From: a virus
Lineage: Duplodnaviria > Caudoviricetes
Strand: one strand, 5' to 3'
Virus record (IMG/VR): IMGVR_UViG_3300009161_000051
Coordinates: 1 to 59,310 of that record
Length of the DNA: 59,310 bases
A program made the translations under genes and the position numbers. Below the pieces are notes generated by a model. It did not search any database and was not told where the DNA came from. It saw only the letters and a program-made list of their open reading frames with translations. Positions 9,887 to 19,942 of the stretch are shown here, piece after piece (positions within the stretch are counted from its first letter, which is position 1; each line of letters opens with the position of its first letter).

Positions 9887-10357
9887 ATGGACCCGTTTAC
9901 GATCCTCGCTGGCGCACAGGCCATCTATAGCGGCATAAAGTCAATGACCGACAATGCCCACGACGCTATAGATGTTGCAGAGCGCGTAGGATCGTTATTT
10001 TCTCGTGTTGCTCAAATTGTGCAATTAACTTCTACAAACAGGAAAAAGACACTTTTCCAAAGCCAATCTGATTTTGAAGCTGAAGCAATCAAGATGTACA
10101 CGTTGCGGCAGAAAGCCCAACAACTACAACTTGACTGTAAAAACCTTTTTATTGGAACTTACGGGCCACAAGCGTGGGCAGGAATTCAAAAAGAGATAAT
10201 TGAAATGAAAAAGGAAGCGGTACGTCAAGCCGCTGCTGCTCAAAGAGAAGCAGAAGAACGCCGTGCAGAGCTTATCATGGGCGCGTGGATGTTCTTGGGC
10301 GTCATCGTTATGGCTCTTGGCCTTGCACTCTTTGTTTACTTCACGGCGCACAAATGA
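9887..10357 (+). CDS. Coiled-coil protein with C-terminal transmembrane helix
   Basis: MDPFTILAGA start, helical middle, LIMGAWMFLGVIVMALGLALFVYF. Confidence 0.55.
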   Translation: MDPFTILAGAQAIYSGIKSMTDNAHDAIDVAERVGSLFSRVAQIVQLTSTNRKKTLFQSQSDFEAEAIKMYTLRQKAQQLQLDCKNLFIGTYGPQAWAGIQKEIIEMKKEAVRQAAAAQREAEERRAELIMGAWMFLGVIVMALGLALFVYFTAHK

Positions 10358-10536
10358 AGTACCTGTTGGCGGTTGCATTTTTGGTCCTGTCAGGATGTGA
10401 GGACCGTTACCGTTACCCGTGCCAAGACCCTAAAAATTGGGATGCCGCTGAGTGTAACCCACCTATTTGCACCGCCTCTGGAACCTGTTCCGCAGACACC
10501 CTCAAGAGAAACCCGTGCGGGGCCGTGCCGAGATGA
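10354..10536 (+). CDS. Cys-rich lipoprotein (possible o-spanin-like)
   Basis: MKYLLAVAFLVLSG-C lipobox; five further Cys residues; lysis context. Confidence 0.6.
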   Translation: MKYLLAVAFLVLSGCEDRYRYPCQDPKNWDAAECNPPICTASGTCSADTLKRNPCGAVPR

Positions 10537-10790
10537 GGATCAGAGAAGATGAACTTCACGCACTGCTTCAATTCATCATTGGCATCAGCCTGTGCTTGAC
10601 GCTTACGGGAACGGTGTTTGCCGTGCTGTACAGCCTGATATTTGTGGTGCAGCCGATAGATGGACAAGCACCAAACGACCAAGAATTTTTTAAGTTAATC
10701 GCGCCTATTGCTACGTTCCTGACGGGAACTCTTTCAGGAATTATGTTAGGATCAAAATCTACAGGAGGTAAAGACGATGGACCTACTTAA
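10533..10790 (+). CDS. Two-TM membrane protein
   Basis: Two hydrophobic helices around QPIDGQAPND; ATGA overlap. Confidence 0.55.
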   Translation: MRIREDELHALLQFIIGISLCLTLTGTVFAVLYSLIFVVQPIDGQAPNDQEFFKLIAPIATFLTGTLSGIMLGSKSTGGKDDGPT

Positions 10791-11304
10791 AAACTTTGGA
10801 AGTCTGATTGGGTCTGTTGCACCAACTTTGGCAACAGCCTTGGGCGGACCATTAGCTGGCATGGCAACAAAAGCATTGTCTCAGGCACTGTTGGGCAATG
10901 AGGACGGCTCTGACGATGATATTCAGGCCGCTCTACGCACTGCATCTCCTGAGCAACTTGCGTCTGTCAAAAAGATTGATGCTGATTTTAAAGTAAAAAT
11001 GAAGAGCCTCGATATTGATCTTGAACGCATTGCGGTGGACGACCGTAAGTCGGCTCGGTCGATGCAAACTGAAACCCGCGATTTTATCCCAAGGCTCTTG
11101 GCGGTATCAGTGACCGTTGGTTTCTTTGCCATCCTGATTTACATGCTTGTCTATGGCTTACCAACAACAGGAAACGAGGCATTGTTGCTTCTTCTTGGAG
11201 CATTGCAAACAGCGTGGGGCGGTATCATCGCTTTCTATTTTGGCTCGTCGTCTGGTTCTCAAAAGAAAGACCAGATGATTTACAATTCCACACCCAAGGA
11301 GTAA
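10777..11304 (+). CDS. Holin (GTA 3TM-holin-like)
   Basis: APTLATALGGPLAG...DRKSARSMQ...IIAFYFGSS; directly before the endolysin. Confidence 0.75.
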   Translation: MDLLKNFGSLIGSVAPTLATALGGPLAGMATKALSQALLGNEDGSDDDIQAALRTASPEQLASVKKIDADFKVKMKSLDIDLERIAVDDRKSARSMQTETRDFIPRLLAVSVTVGFFAILIYMLVYGLPTTGNEALLLLLGALQTAWGGIIAFYFGSSSGSQKKDQMIYNSTPKE

Positions 11305-11307
11305 CCC

Positions 11308-11820
11308 ATGAAAGACAACTTTGAAGAGTGCCTAGCTCATATTTTGAAATCGGAGGGGGGATTTGTGAATCACCCTAAAGACCCCGGTGGAGCAACAAAT
11401 TTAGGAACCACCAAACGCACTTGGGAAGAGTGGGTAGGACACGAGGTAACAGTAGATGACATTAAAGCCCTCACAATTGCCGATGTCGCCCCGCTCTACA
11501 AAGCGCGGTACTGGGACAAGTGCCGCTGCGATGACCTCCCGCATGGGGTGGACCTTGCTGTTTTTGATCTGTCTATTAATTCTGGCCCTACTCGTGCCTC
11601 CAAGTTTCTTCAAAATGCTTGTAATGTGGTCGCTGATGGGGCTATCGGACCTGCTACACTTGCAGCGGTAGCACAGATGAACCCTCGTGAATTGGCAACT
11701 AAAATTTGCGATGCAAGACTGGCTTTCTTGCAAGCACTGCCAACATGGAGTACGTTTGGCAAAGGTTGGGGCCGTCGAGTAGCAGAAGTTGAAAAAACGG
11801 CTTTCAACATGGTTGGGTAA
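11308..11820 (+). CDS. Endolysin, glycoside hydrolase family 108 with PG-binding domain
   Basis: EGGFVNHPKDPGGATNLG...FDLSINSG...DGAIGPATL...FGKGWGRR. Confidence 0.92.
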   Translation: MKDNFEECLAHILKSEGGFVNHPKDPGGATNLGTTKRTWEEWVGHEVTVDDIKALTIADVAPLYKARYWDKCRCDDLPHGVDLAVFDLSINSGPTRASKFLQNACNVVADGAIGPATLAAVAQMNPRELATKICDARLAFLQALPTWSTFGKGWGRRVAEVEKTAFNMVG

Positions 11821-11832
11821 GAGGTCACCGTC

Positions 11833-12567
11833 ATGGATTATGATACTTATAAAAAGCAAATCTATGTCATGGCGGGTTACACAGTCGATCCAGTAACTGG
11901 GTTGATAACTGATTATGACCAAAACTATCTGACAATTTTGCCAGAGATGATTACGTATGCTGAATTGAGAATGCAGCGTGATCTGGATTTTTTGTCTACC
12001 CAAACGTCTACGACAGCATATAGCTTGACGGCAAACAATAATACTCTGTCGATACCAACAAGTGCTTTTGTAACGCTGCAAACAATTCAAGTTAATGATG
12101 CTTCTGGTCCAACGCCGCTTTTGCCAACAACAAAATCTTTTTTGCAGAATGTTTGGCCTAATGTTTCTGGCGCAGCAGTGCCTCAATATTTTGCTGTATA
12201 CGGTGGCGACAGTGCTACAGCAGGTCAAACATCTCAAAACATAATTTTTGGGCCTTGGCCTGACAGCAGTTACAATCTTACTCTGACGGGGACGATCCGT
12301 TCTGAAACTCTGTCAGACACAAATACGACGACCTTTATCAGTGTGTATTTGCCTGATTTGTTTATCATGGCGTCTATGATTTACATGAGTGGGTATCAGC
12401 GTAATTTTGGTCGAGCAAATGATGATCCGCAAATGGCGATCACATATGAAAGCCAATACAAGTCCTTGTTAATGTCAGCAACGGTTGAAGAATTCCGTAA
12501 GAAGTTTGAGGCCGCTGCGTGGTCTTCAATGTCACCTGCTCCTGTCGCATCACTCACAAGGGGATAA
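11833..12567 (+). CDS. Tail adaptor / tail tubular protein A-like
   Basis: ITYAELRMQRDL...GPWPDSSY...YLPDLFIMAS; precedes the nozzle gene. Confidence 0.6.
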   Translation: MDYDTYKKQIYVMAGYTVDPVTGLITDYDQNYLTILPEMITYAELRMQRDLDFLSTQTSTTAYSLTANNNTLSIPTSAFVTLQTIQVNDASGPTPLLPTTKSFLQNVWPNVSGAAVPQYFAVYGGDSATAGQTSQNIIFGPWPDSSYNLTLTGTIRSETLSDTNTTTFISVYLPDLFIMASMIYMSGYQRNFGRANDDPQMAITYESQYKSLLMSATVEEFRKKFEAAAWSSMSPAPVASLTRG

Positions 12568-12570
12568 AAC

Positions 12571-14706
12571 ATGCCTCATGGCAGTGTAAAAATTATCCCC
12601 GGCGTTGATACGACAAGAACTCCTGCTTTAAATGAAGCTGCGATTTCTGAAACTAATTTGATTAGGTTTTTGCCGGATCGGAATGGTCTTGGATTGCCTC
12701 AAAAGTTAGGCGGCTGGGTAAGGTTTTTTAGTGGACAATTTGTTTCACCAATACGTGACCTTCACGCTTGGCAAGATTTGAATGAATTTAAATGGTTGGC
12801 GGTAGGTGCTGAATTAAGTCTAAGTGCTATTTATAATAGTACCCAAACAGTGATTACGCCAGAATTTTTATCCTCAGATGCGGCTCCTGATTTTTCAATT
12901 GGCGGTGGCCTTCTCTTAGGTGAAGGAACTAACGTCGATAATTTTATAATAACAGAAAGCACAACGCCAGCTTTGGATGGGCTTGAATTAAAAGTTGCTC
13001 AAGGCGGGAACATCGTAACAATCGTTGACGTTGGAAGCGATGTAGCTTTAACCGACATTGTCTATATTAAAACGCCTGTAGCAGTTGGTGGCGGCATTGT
13101 TTATGGAACATACGCAATTTATGCCAGAATTGATAATGATACATATCAAATTCAAGTTGCTTTTAATGCTACGGAGAATGTTGAAAATGGTGGCGCAGTA
13201 CCCCTATTCAACACAACATCTTCAAGTTCATTTGTCACAGTTACATTAGCTAACAATGGTCAATCAGAAGGTGACACCGTAGCATTTTTAGTACCCACAA
13301 CTGTTGGCGGAATTACAGTTTACGGGGAGTATCTTGTTTATAGCGTGATTGATGTAAACCAATTCACCATTGCCGCAACAAATGTGGCTACGTCTACAAC
13401 CAGTGGGTACATGAATGGTGGGGATGTAAGTTTCTATTATTTCCTAGACCTCGGTGCTGGTTCTGGATACGGTCGTGGTGGTTACGGGCAGGGCGGCTAC
13501 GGAACAGGTGGTTCTGCACGAGTCGGGACAAAAATTGAAACAACTGATTGGTATTTGGATAATTTTGGTCAAATATTAATTGCAAATCCGCATGGTGGCG
13601 CAATCTATTATTGGCAACCAAATGGACCATCTAGAACAGCTTTAGTGCTTAAAAATGCTCCCGTAGCTAATAACGGGGTATTTGTTGCAATGCCACAACG
13701 ACAAATTATAGCTTTTGGTTCAACATTTAACGGTTTGGTTGATCCTCTTTTGGTGCGTTGGTGCGATATAAACAATCCTGAAATTTGGAACGGTCAGGCA
13801 ATCAATCAAGCTGGCTCGTATGTAATACCTGAAGGAAGCAAAATTGTTTCAGCTATCCAAGCTCCACAACAGGCAATTTTGTGGACTGACCAGTCAGTAT
13901 GGTCGATGCAGTACATTGGTCCACCTCTTGTTTACGCATTTAACAAAATTGGTACGGGTGTTGGCTCTATATCGCCTAAAAGCGTTGGACTGATGAACAA
14001 TGTTGTTTATTGGATGTCGGAATCGCAATTCAATTTGCTTTCAAGCAATGGTGTTCAAACAATTGCGTGTCCTGTTTGGGACCAAGTATTTCAAAATTTG
14101 AATGAAAGCATTGACGAGTATGGTAACAAGTACACAGATCGGATCAGGTGCGCCACCAATAGTCAATTTGGTGAAGTAACTTGGTATTACCCTTCTGCAA
14201 ATTCCACTGAAAATGATTCATACGTAAAATATAATACGCAGCTTCAGCAGTGGGATTACGGAACTCTTTCAAGGACAGCTTGGGTGGATCAGTCCGTTCT
14301 TGGATCACCAATCGGATCAAGCTCGGATGGTTATCTGTACCAACATGAAATCGGGTACAATAATGGCGACACCGTTATGCTGTCGTCCTTCAAGACAGGT
14401 TATTTTGCTATATCAGAAGCTGATCAACTTTTGTTTGTTGACCAAATTTGGCCTGATATGAAGTGGGGTACTCTTGATAGCGCACAGACAGCAGAAGTGA
14501 ACATTACGTTTTACGGAACAAACTATCCGGGTGACACCCCTATCGTATACGGTCCGTTTACAATGACACAGGCAAAACAGTATATACAAACACGCATTAG
14601 GACACGCCTATTGGCAATTGAAATATCTTCAAATGCTGAACAGCTTGATTCCTTCTGGCGTATGGGTAACGTCAGATATCGTTTCCAACCTGATGGAAGG
14701 TTCTAA
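12571..14706 (+). CDS. Tail nozzle / packaged-DNA stabilisation protein (P22 gp10 / T7 gp12-like)
   Basis: 711 aa; W-rich beta-propeller-like pattern (LVRWCD, ILWTD, VYWMS, EVTWYYPS); ends FQPDGRF. Confidence 0.7.
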   Translation: MPHGSVKIIPGVDTTRTPALNEAAISETNLIRFLPDRNGLGLPQKLGGWVRFFSGQFVSPIRDLHAWQDLNEFKWLAVGAELSLSAIYNSTQTVITPEFLSSDAAPDFSIGGGLLLGEGTNVDNFIITESTTPALDGLELKVAQGGNIVTIVDVGSDVALTDIVYIKTPVAVGGGIVYGTYAIYARIDNDTYQIQVAFNATENVENGGAVPLFNTTSSSSFVTVTLANNGQSEGDTVAFLVPTTVGGITVYGEYLVYSVIDVNQFTIAATNVATSTTSGYMNGGDVSFYYFLDLGAGSGYGRGGYGQGGYGTGGSARVGTKIETTDWYLDNFGQILIANPHGGAIYYWQPNGPSRTALVLKNAPVANNGVFVAMPQRQIIAFGSTFNGLVDPLLVRWCDINNPEIWNGQAINQAGSYVIPEGSKIVSAIQAPQQAILWTDQSVWSMQYIGPPLVYAFNKIGTGVGSISPKSVGLMNNVVYWMSESQFNLLSSNGVQTIACPVWDQVFQNLNESIDEYGNKYTDRIRCATNSQFGEVTWYYPSANSTENDSYVKYNTQLQQWDYGTLSRTAWVDQSVLGSPIGSSSDGYLYQHEIGYNNGDTVMLSSFKTGYFAISEADQLLFVDQIWPDMKWGTLDSAQTAEVNITFYGTNYPGDTPIVYGPFTMTQAKQYIQTRIRTRLLAIEISSNAEQLDSFWRMGNVRYRFQPDGRF

Positions 14707-14708
14707 CT

Positions 14709-15056
14709 TTGGCTAGTTTAGATGATATCCTGACAACACAGAAAAACGGCGTTCAAGGCATCAATAGCGTTGCTGACACGCAATTATTTCTGGCTGGGAA
14801 ACAAAGTTTTAAAGAAATAAACACATCAACTGTTGTGAAAACAACTGCTGGGTGGGTAGCTAGAGTTTATGTTTTTCAAGCTGGTGATGATGTTGGCACG
14901 ATCTATGACGCAGCATTAACAAGTACAGCAATAACTGGTGTGCGTGTTGCTTTGATTAACAATGTGGTTGGTCTTCAAGAAATATTTATGCCTACCGCAA
15001 CTGGTATTGTCGTAACGCCGAGTAACGGCATGATTGTAACAGTATCGTATAGTTAG
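14709..15056 (+). CDS. Virion structural protein
   Basis: TTG start after GGAAGG; tail context. Confidence 0.5.
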   Translation: MASLDDILTTQKNGVQGINSVADTQLFLAGKQSFKEINTSTVVKTTAGWVARVYVFQAGDDVGTIYDAALTSTAITGVRVALINNVVGLQEIFMPTATGIVVTPSNGMIVTVSYS

Positions 15057-15064
15057 GAAACATC

Positions 15065-15637
15065 ATGCCACTGGTTCAAGGTAAGTCCCAAAAATCAATA
15101 TCGTCAAACATCCGAGAGCTTTCTAACACGGGCCATCCGCGAGATCAGAGCATTGCTATTGCTTTGAATGTTGCACGATCATTGAACAAGCCAAAGCACA
15201 AGGCAGATGGCGGTTCTATGATGGGTGTTGGCTTTTTTGCTAAGGGTGGGGTTACAAACCAGAAAAAAGTTCACACTGGTGCTATTCAAAGCGCAGTGGC
15301 GGGTAGGACTGATCATCTACCAATGCATGTTCCTGAAGGTGCTTATGTCATCCCTGCCGACATTGTATCGGCGTTGGCTGAAGGTAACACCCAAGGTGGG
15401 TATAAAATTTTAGACAGGATGATTGAACAATTCCAAGATGATGGAGAATATTCTCGTGGTGGAGAAGTTCCAATCGTTGCGGCTGGTGGTGAATATGTAA
15501 TACCTACTCATGCAGTTGCAGGGTTTGGAAATGGAAATGTGGATCAAGGTCACAAAATCTTGGATGAGTTTGTGAAAAAAATACGCAAACAGACCATTAA
15601 AACTTTGCAAAAACTTCCCGGCCCAAAAAAGGATTGA
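15065..15637 (+). CDS. Virion protein with three GG motifs and duplicated G[AE]YVIP domain
   Basis: KADGGSM, FAKGGVT, YSRGGEV; GRTDHLPMHVPEGAYVIPADIV and GGEYVIPTHAV. Confidence 0.6.
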   Translation: MPLVQGKSQKSISSNIRELSNTGHPRDQSIAIALNVARSLNKPKHKADGGSMMGVGFFAKGGVTNQKKVHTGAIQSAVAGRTDHLPMHVPEGAYVIPADIVSALAEGNTQGGYKILDRMIEQFQDDGEYSRGGEVPIVAAGGEYVIPTHAVAGFGNGNVDQGHKILDEFVKKIRKQTIKTLQKLPGPKKD

Positions 15638-15646
15638 GAATTTAGC

Positions 15647-16216
15647 ATGGAATTACTTATTAAAACTAAGCGTGTACGTCTTTCAAAGAGCAAGCGTATG
15701 CGTATGAATCAGCCTCCAAAAGTTACTACGGAAGCTGTTGTGCGTGTTGGTCAGCCAGAAGATGAAGATGGCGTCATGGTTTTGGCCCGTCTGATCCATA
15801 AAGAGATTGGAATGTTTAATATTGATGAGGACAAAGGATTAACTCAAATCCGTCCTGCATTGAGAAAAGAACATGGTATTGTAGGCGTGATCGGTAAGAA
15901 GGATAACCTTGAGGGTTTCATCCTGTTGCGTGTTTCAACCAATTGGTACAGCCCAAAGCCATTTTTAGAAGAAATGTGCGTGTTTGTGCATCCTGACTAT
16001 CGCAATGCGGTTGATTCAAGAGTTAGAAAGCTATTGGATTTTTCTAAAAAATGTTCTGACGAGTTGCAAATGCCACTGATGATTGGTGTTTTGTCAAATC
16101 AGCGGACTGATGCTAAAGTGAAATTCTACCAGCGTACTTTTGGCGACCCCGCAGGTGCATTTTTTATATATGGTGCAAAAACTGGTCAGTCTGAAGAACC
16201 TGATACTAGACATTAA
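15647..16216 (+). CDS. GNAT-like acetyltransferase-fold tail-associated protein
   Basis: WYSPKPFLEEMCVFVHPDYR...KFYQR; position before ejection genes. Confidence 0.55.
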   Translation: MELLIKTKRVRLSKSKRMRMNQPPKVTTEAVVRVGQPEDEDGVMVLARLIHKEIGMFNIDEDKGLTQIRPALRKEHGIVGVIGKKDNLEGFILLRVSTNWYSPKPFLEEMCVFVHPDYRNAVDSRVRKLLDFSKKCSDELQMPLMIGVLSNQRTDAKVKFYQRTFGDPAGAFFIYGAKTGQSEEPDTRH

Positions 16217-16227
16217 GGAGACGGGCC

Positions 16228-19200
16228 GTGGGTAGCAAGGGTAGCCAAACATCAACCTCAACGTACAAGCCTCCAAAAGAGGTAATGGATAATTACAGGT
16301 ACGTTACAGACCTTGCTAAACAAGTGGCTGCAACTCCTTATGAAAGATATAAAGGTGAGCTTGTTGCCGGAATGACGCCAACCCAAATGGCTGGCATTCA
16401 GAACGTAAACCAAGCTCAGGGAATGGCTCTTCCGTATTATCAAGAAGCTACTTCACTCGCGTCAGATGCGGCTACTGCGGGTGATACAAGGAATTTCAAG
16501 CAAAGCGACATTGATACTTATATGTCTCCTTATTTGAATAATGTCGTTGGTAGCACGATGGCTAACCTTGAGGAGCAGAATAAGCGTCAACGGCAAGACC
16601 TTGTTGGGACAGCTATTTCTCGCGGGGCATTTGGGGGTGATCGGGGCAAAATTGCAGAAGCAGAGTTGAACCGTCAGCAGGGTCTATCTACTGGCAAGAC
16701 ACTGAGCGATCTTCTTCAAGGTGGTTATAGTCAGGCTTTGGGTCAATTTAATCAGGGCATCGCCAATAAGTTCACTGGTGCTGGTCAGATAGCTGGATAC
16801 GGCACAGGCGCACAACAGTCCGTCCTTCAAGGCGCACAGGCTCAGATGGCTGCTGGAGCGCAACAACAGGCTGTACGTCAAGCACAAGACACTGCTAATT
16901 ATCAGCAGTTTCAACAACAACAGGCTTATCCGTTCCAAACATCGCAATACTTGGCTAACATTACTCAGGGTATTGGCGCACAGTCCGGCGGCACAAGCAC
17001 TCAGACCCAACCCGGCCCAAGCATGGGTGGTCAGGTTCTTGGTTTTGCAACAGCAATGGCAGGTATGCCTTGGTCTGATATCCGTCTGAAAGAGAATGTC
17101 GGCGTTATCGGTAAGACCTTTGATGGTCAGCCTATCTACAAATACAACCTTAAAGGTCAAGAACAGACCCAAATTGGTTTGATGGCTCAGGACGTTGAAA
17201 AGCGTAACCCTGATGCTGTTCATCAATATAAAGGGTTCAAGAAGGTTGATTATGATGCAGCTACACATGATGCTGAAAAGCGCGGACACTTTGCGTTTGG
17301 TGGTGTAGTCCCTCGCTACGCTGATGGCGGCAGCATCAATGATATCATCCAGAGCCTTCAGGATTATCAAGAGCCGGGTGCTACACCTTTGCCATATGGG
17401 CAGTACGGTGCGCCTTACGGTTCTAATAAATCACCAATCTTTCCAAAAGAAGCACTCAAGGGATTGGGCGGGATGGGTCGTGGTCAAACACCTGCGGGAG
17501 CGGAGGAGAATTACATTCCTCGTGCGCCTAGGATTCAAGAACAGGAAAGTCCTGTCGATGCTTTGAAAAAAGGTCTACAGGCTATGTCTCCTGCCCAGAC
17601 AGCCAACCTTAAATCTAACATGGGTTCTCTTGGCCTTGGTAGTAAGGGTAAGACGCTGTACACGGCTCCTATTGGGCCAAGCTCTACTGGCGATCCCATG
17701 CAAGCAGGTCTTGTCTCTAAAAAAGACGAGAGCGTACTTGAGCATGGCTTGAACTATTTGTTTCCGTCATTGTTTAAAAATCATGGCGGCGGTGTTGTTG
17801 GTCGCAATCACTATGAAGATGGTGGCGCACCTACATACAAAGTACAACCGCAAAATGTTGAAGATATGCCTCAATATCAACAGGCATTACTACAAGCAAT
17901 TTACGGCCCTGAGAGCGGCGGCAGATACGACATTATGCAGGGCGGAAAAGAAACTTTTGATACTTCTGGGCCTCACCCTAATCGTGTAGCTCAAGGTGGA
18001 GAAAGCACTGCTGCTGGAGCAGGTCAGTTCATCAACAGCACTTGGAATGATGTTACTGGCGGTGCGCCAATGACAAAACCTTATCAAGATGCAGCAACAT
18101 TGGCATTAGCTAAACGCGATTTTAATAGGCGTACAGGACAAGATTTAGACACTGTGTTGCAAGAACAAGGCGTAACACCAGATGTTTTAAAAGCACTGTC
18201 TCCTACTTGGGTAGCACTTGCTAATAAACCTGCTTCAGGAGCGGTTGCAGCGGGTGATATGAGCCGTGGTCCGGGTCTTGTGCCTCCAGATGGAGAAGCA
18301 CAGCCCAGCAGCCTGTTGGAGCGCGTTACAGGCATGAAACTGTCTGAAGAGGCGCGTTCAGGTCTTCTGGCTGCTGGCCTTGGCATGATGGCGTCACGTT
18401 CACCGTTCATGGGCGTTGCTATTGGTGAAGGCGGTCTTGGTGGCTTGCAGACGTATTATAATGCGTTGGCTAACAAACGGGCTGGCGAGAAGCAACAAGC
18501 TGAAACTGAAGTTGCAAAACGCACAGTTGCAGTTTCTGAAGCTGGCGTTCCAATTGAACGGCAACGTGTTGATATTGATCAGAAAGCTAAAAATCTTGAA
18601 GCGTACAAGTTTTGGATTGCTTCATTTGTACCAGTGCCACAAAAAGATGGTAGCATATTATACCGTGATCAATCAGGCCAATTGATAGATGAAAAAACAT
18701 ACCGTGAAAGAATTTCTTCTGCTTTAAACTCATTGGGGTTGGCTCCCTTTGAAGTGAGCACACCAAAATCTAATACATCTACGACTGCCGCAGACTCAGC
18801 ACTGGGAGGTGTCAATAAACCAACTACTGAAGCTCCTACCGCAGGTGGCGTTGTTCCTTCTGCTGTTGAGCCTCCTAAAGAAGTTGTTCAATCTGCTCCT
18901 AAATTTGTCAGGGAAGAAGATTTATTAAATCCTCCGCTTGCGGCAGCTAAAGTTGGTACACAAACAGAAAACGTGCCTGTCAATACACCTAATGAAAAAA
19001 TGGTTATTGATGCGGACAACCCTACTATTCTTGACAGACTTGCTAATGAACAAATGAAAATTATGAAAACATATGAAGATCGTGGTTTAACTGCACCACC
19101 TTCTGCCAAAACTTTGTATGATTCATATGTTGCAAGAAGAACGGCAATTCTTGAAGGAAAACAACCTGTTGAATTTAAAGACGGTACGGCAGGAATATAT

Positions 19201-19941
19201 CCTGCTGTAAAAGAAGCTAAACTTGCTGAAACGGCAGAAACAGAAGCTGCTAAAGCTCTACGAGGTCAAGGAGATAAAATTTTAGCAGAAGCTAACGCAA
19301 GTCGCTCGGCAGCATATTCAATGCAAATGCGTTTGGATGGCATGAGAGAATCTATCAAACAACTTCCTGAAGAAGGATGGTTATCACTGGGATATATGGC
19401 TCCAGAAAGATTAGAAGTTGCTAAAGGGATAAATTTCTTTGGAGCATTTTTGAAAGATTTTACGGGGCGGGAAATTTATGCACCAATTGATCCTCAAGCA
19501 CTAGGTGCGGCTGAAGATGTATTCAAAAATACGTTTAAACTTGCTACTGATATGGCACAGCAATTGGGTCGCGAGCCGGGGTTCATTTTGGAGAGAATTC
19601 AACAAGCTAATCCGGGTATTGAAAATTCAAAAATGGGCTATGATCGCATTGCCGCAGGTATGCAAGCTACAGCTCAATACGCAATTGAAAAAGCTAATTT
19701 TCAAGAAAAATGGTATGACGACCATAAAGGTAACATGAGCGGTTCTGAAACGGCTTTTCACGAGGCCAACCCGCCTGAGAAATATATTAGACTTGCTATT
19801 GTATCGACGATTCCACCTGAAAAAGTAGAAAAATTTGTAAACTATGCTACAAAATTTAAAGGATATGATCTTTCTAAAGCTAAAACTATATTTGACAAAG
19901 AATATGGTAAAGGTGTTTCTGACATAGTATTGGGTAAATAA
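16228..19941 (+). CDS. DNA ejection/internal virion protein with Peptidase S74 and lambda-lysozyme-like domains
   Basis: Q/G/A-rich pilot N-terminus; WSDIRLKEN...IGLMAQDVE...VDY (S74); PESGGRYD...STAAGAGQFINSTW (lysozyme-like). Confidence 0.75.
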   Translation: MGSKGSQTSTSTYKPPKEVMDNYRYVTDLAKQVAATPYERYKGELVAGMTPTQMAGIQNVNQAQGMALPYYQEATSLASDAATAGDTRNFKQSDIDTYMSPYLNNVVGSTMANLEEQNKRQRQDLVGTAISRGAFGGDRGKIAEAELNRQQGLSTGKTLSDLLQGGYSQALGQFNQGIANKFTGAGQIAGYGTGAQQSVLQGAQAQMAAGAQQQAVRQAQDTANYQQFQQQQAYPFQTSQYLANITQGIGAQSGGTSTQTQPGPSMGGQVLGFATAMAGMPWSDIRLKENVGVIGKTFDGQPIYKYNLKGQEQTQIGLMAQDVEKRNPDAVHQYKGFKKVDYDAATHDAEKRGHFAFGGVVPRYADGGSINDIIQSLQDYQEPGATPLPYGQYGAPYGSNKSPIFPKEALKGLGGMGRGQTPAGAEENYIPRAPRIQEQESPVDALKKGLQAMSPAQTANLKSNMGSLGLGSKGKTLYTAPIGPSSTGDPMQAGLVSKKDESVLEHGLNYLFPSLFKNHGGGVVGRNHYEDGGAPTYKVQPQNVEDMPQYQQALLQAIYGPESGGRYDIMQGGKETFDTSGPHPNRVAQGGESTAAGAGQFINSTWNDVTGGAPMTKPYQDAATLALAKRDFNRRTGQDLDTVLQEQGVTPDVLKALSPTWVALANKPASGAVAAGDMSRGPGLVPPDGEAQPSSLLERVTGMKLSEEARSGLLAAGLGMMASRSPFMGVAIGEGGLGGLQTYYNALANKRAGEKQQAETEVAKRTVAVSEAGVPIERQRVDIDQKAKNLEAYKFWIASFVPVPQKDGSILYRDQSGQLIDEKTYRERISSALNSLGLAPFEVSTPKSNTSTTAADSALGGVNKPTTEAPTAGGVVPSAVEPPKEVVQSAPKFVREEDLLNPPLAAAKVGTQTENVPVNTPNEKMVIDADNPTILDRLANEQMKIMKTYEDRGLTAPPSAKTLYDSYVARRTAILEGKQPVEFKDGTAGIYPAVKEAKLAETAETEAAKALRGQGDKILAEANASRSAAYSMQMRLDGMRESIKQLPEEGWLSLGYMAPERLEVAKGINFFGAFLKDFTGREIYAPIDPQALGAAEDVFKNTFKLATDMAQQLGREPGFILERIQQANPGIENSKMGYDRIAAGMQATAQYAIEKANFQEKWYDDHKGNMSGSETAFHEANPPEKYIRLAIVSTIPPEKVEKFVNYATKFKGYDLSKAKTIFDKEYGKGVSDIVLGK

Positions 19942-19942
19942 G

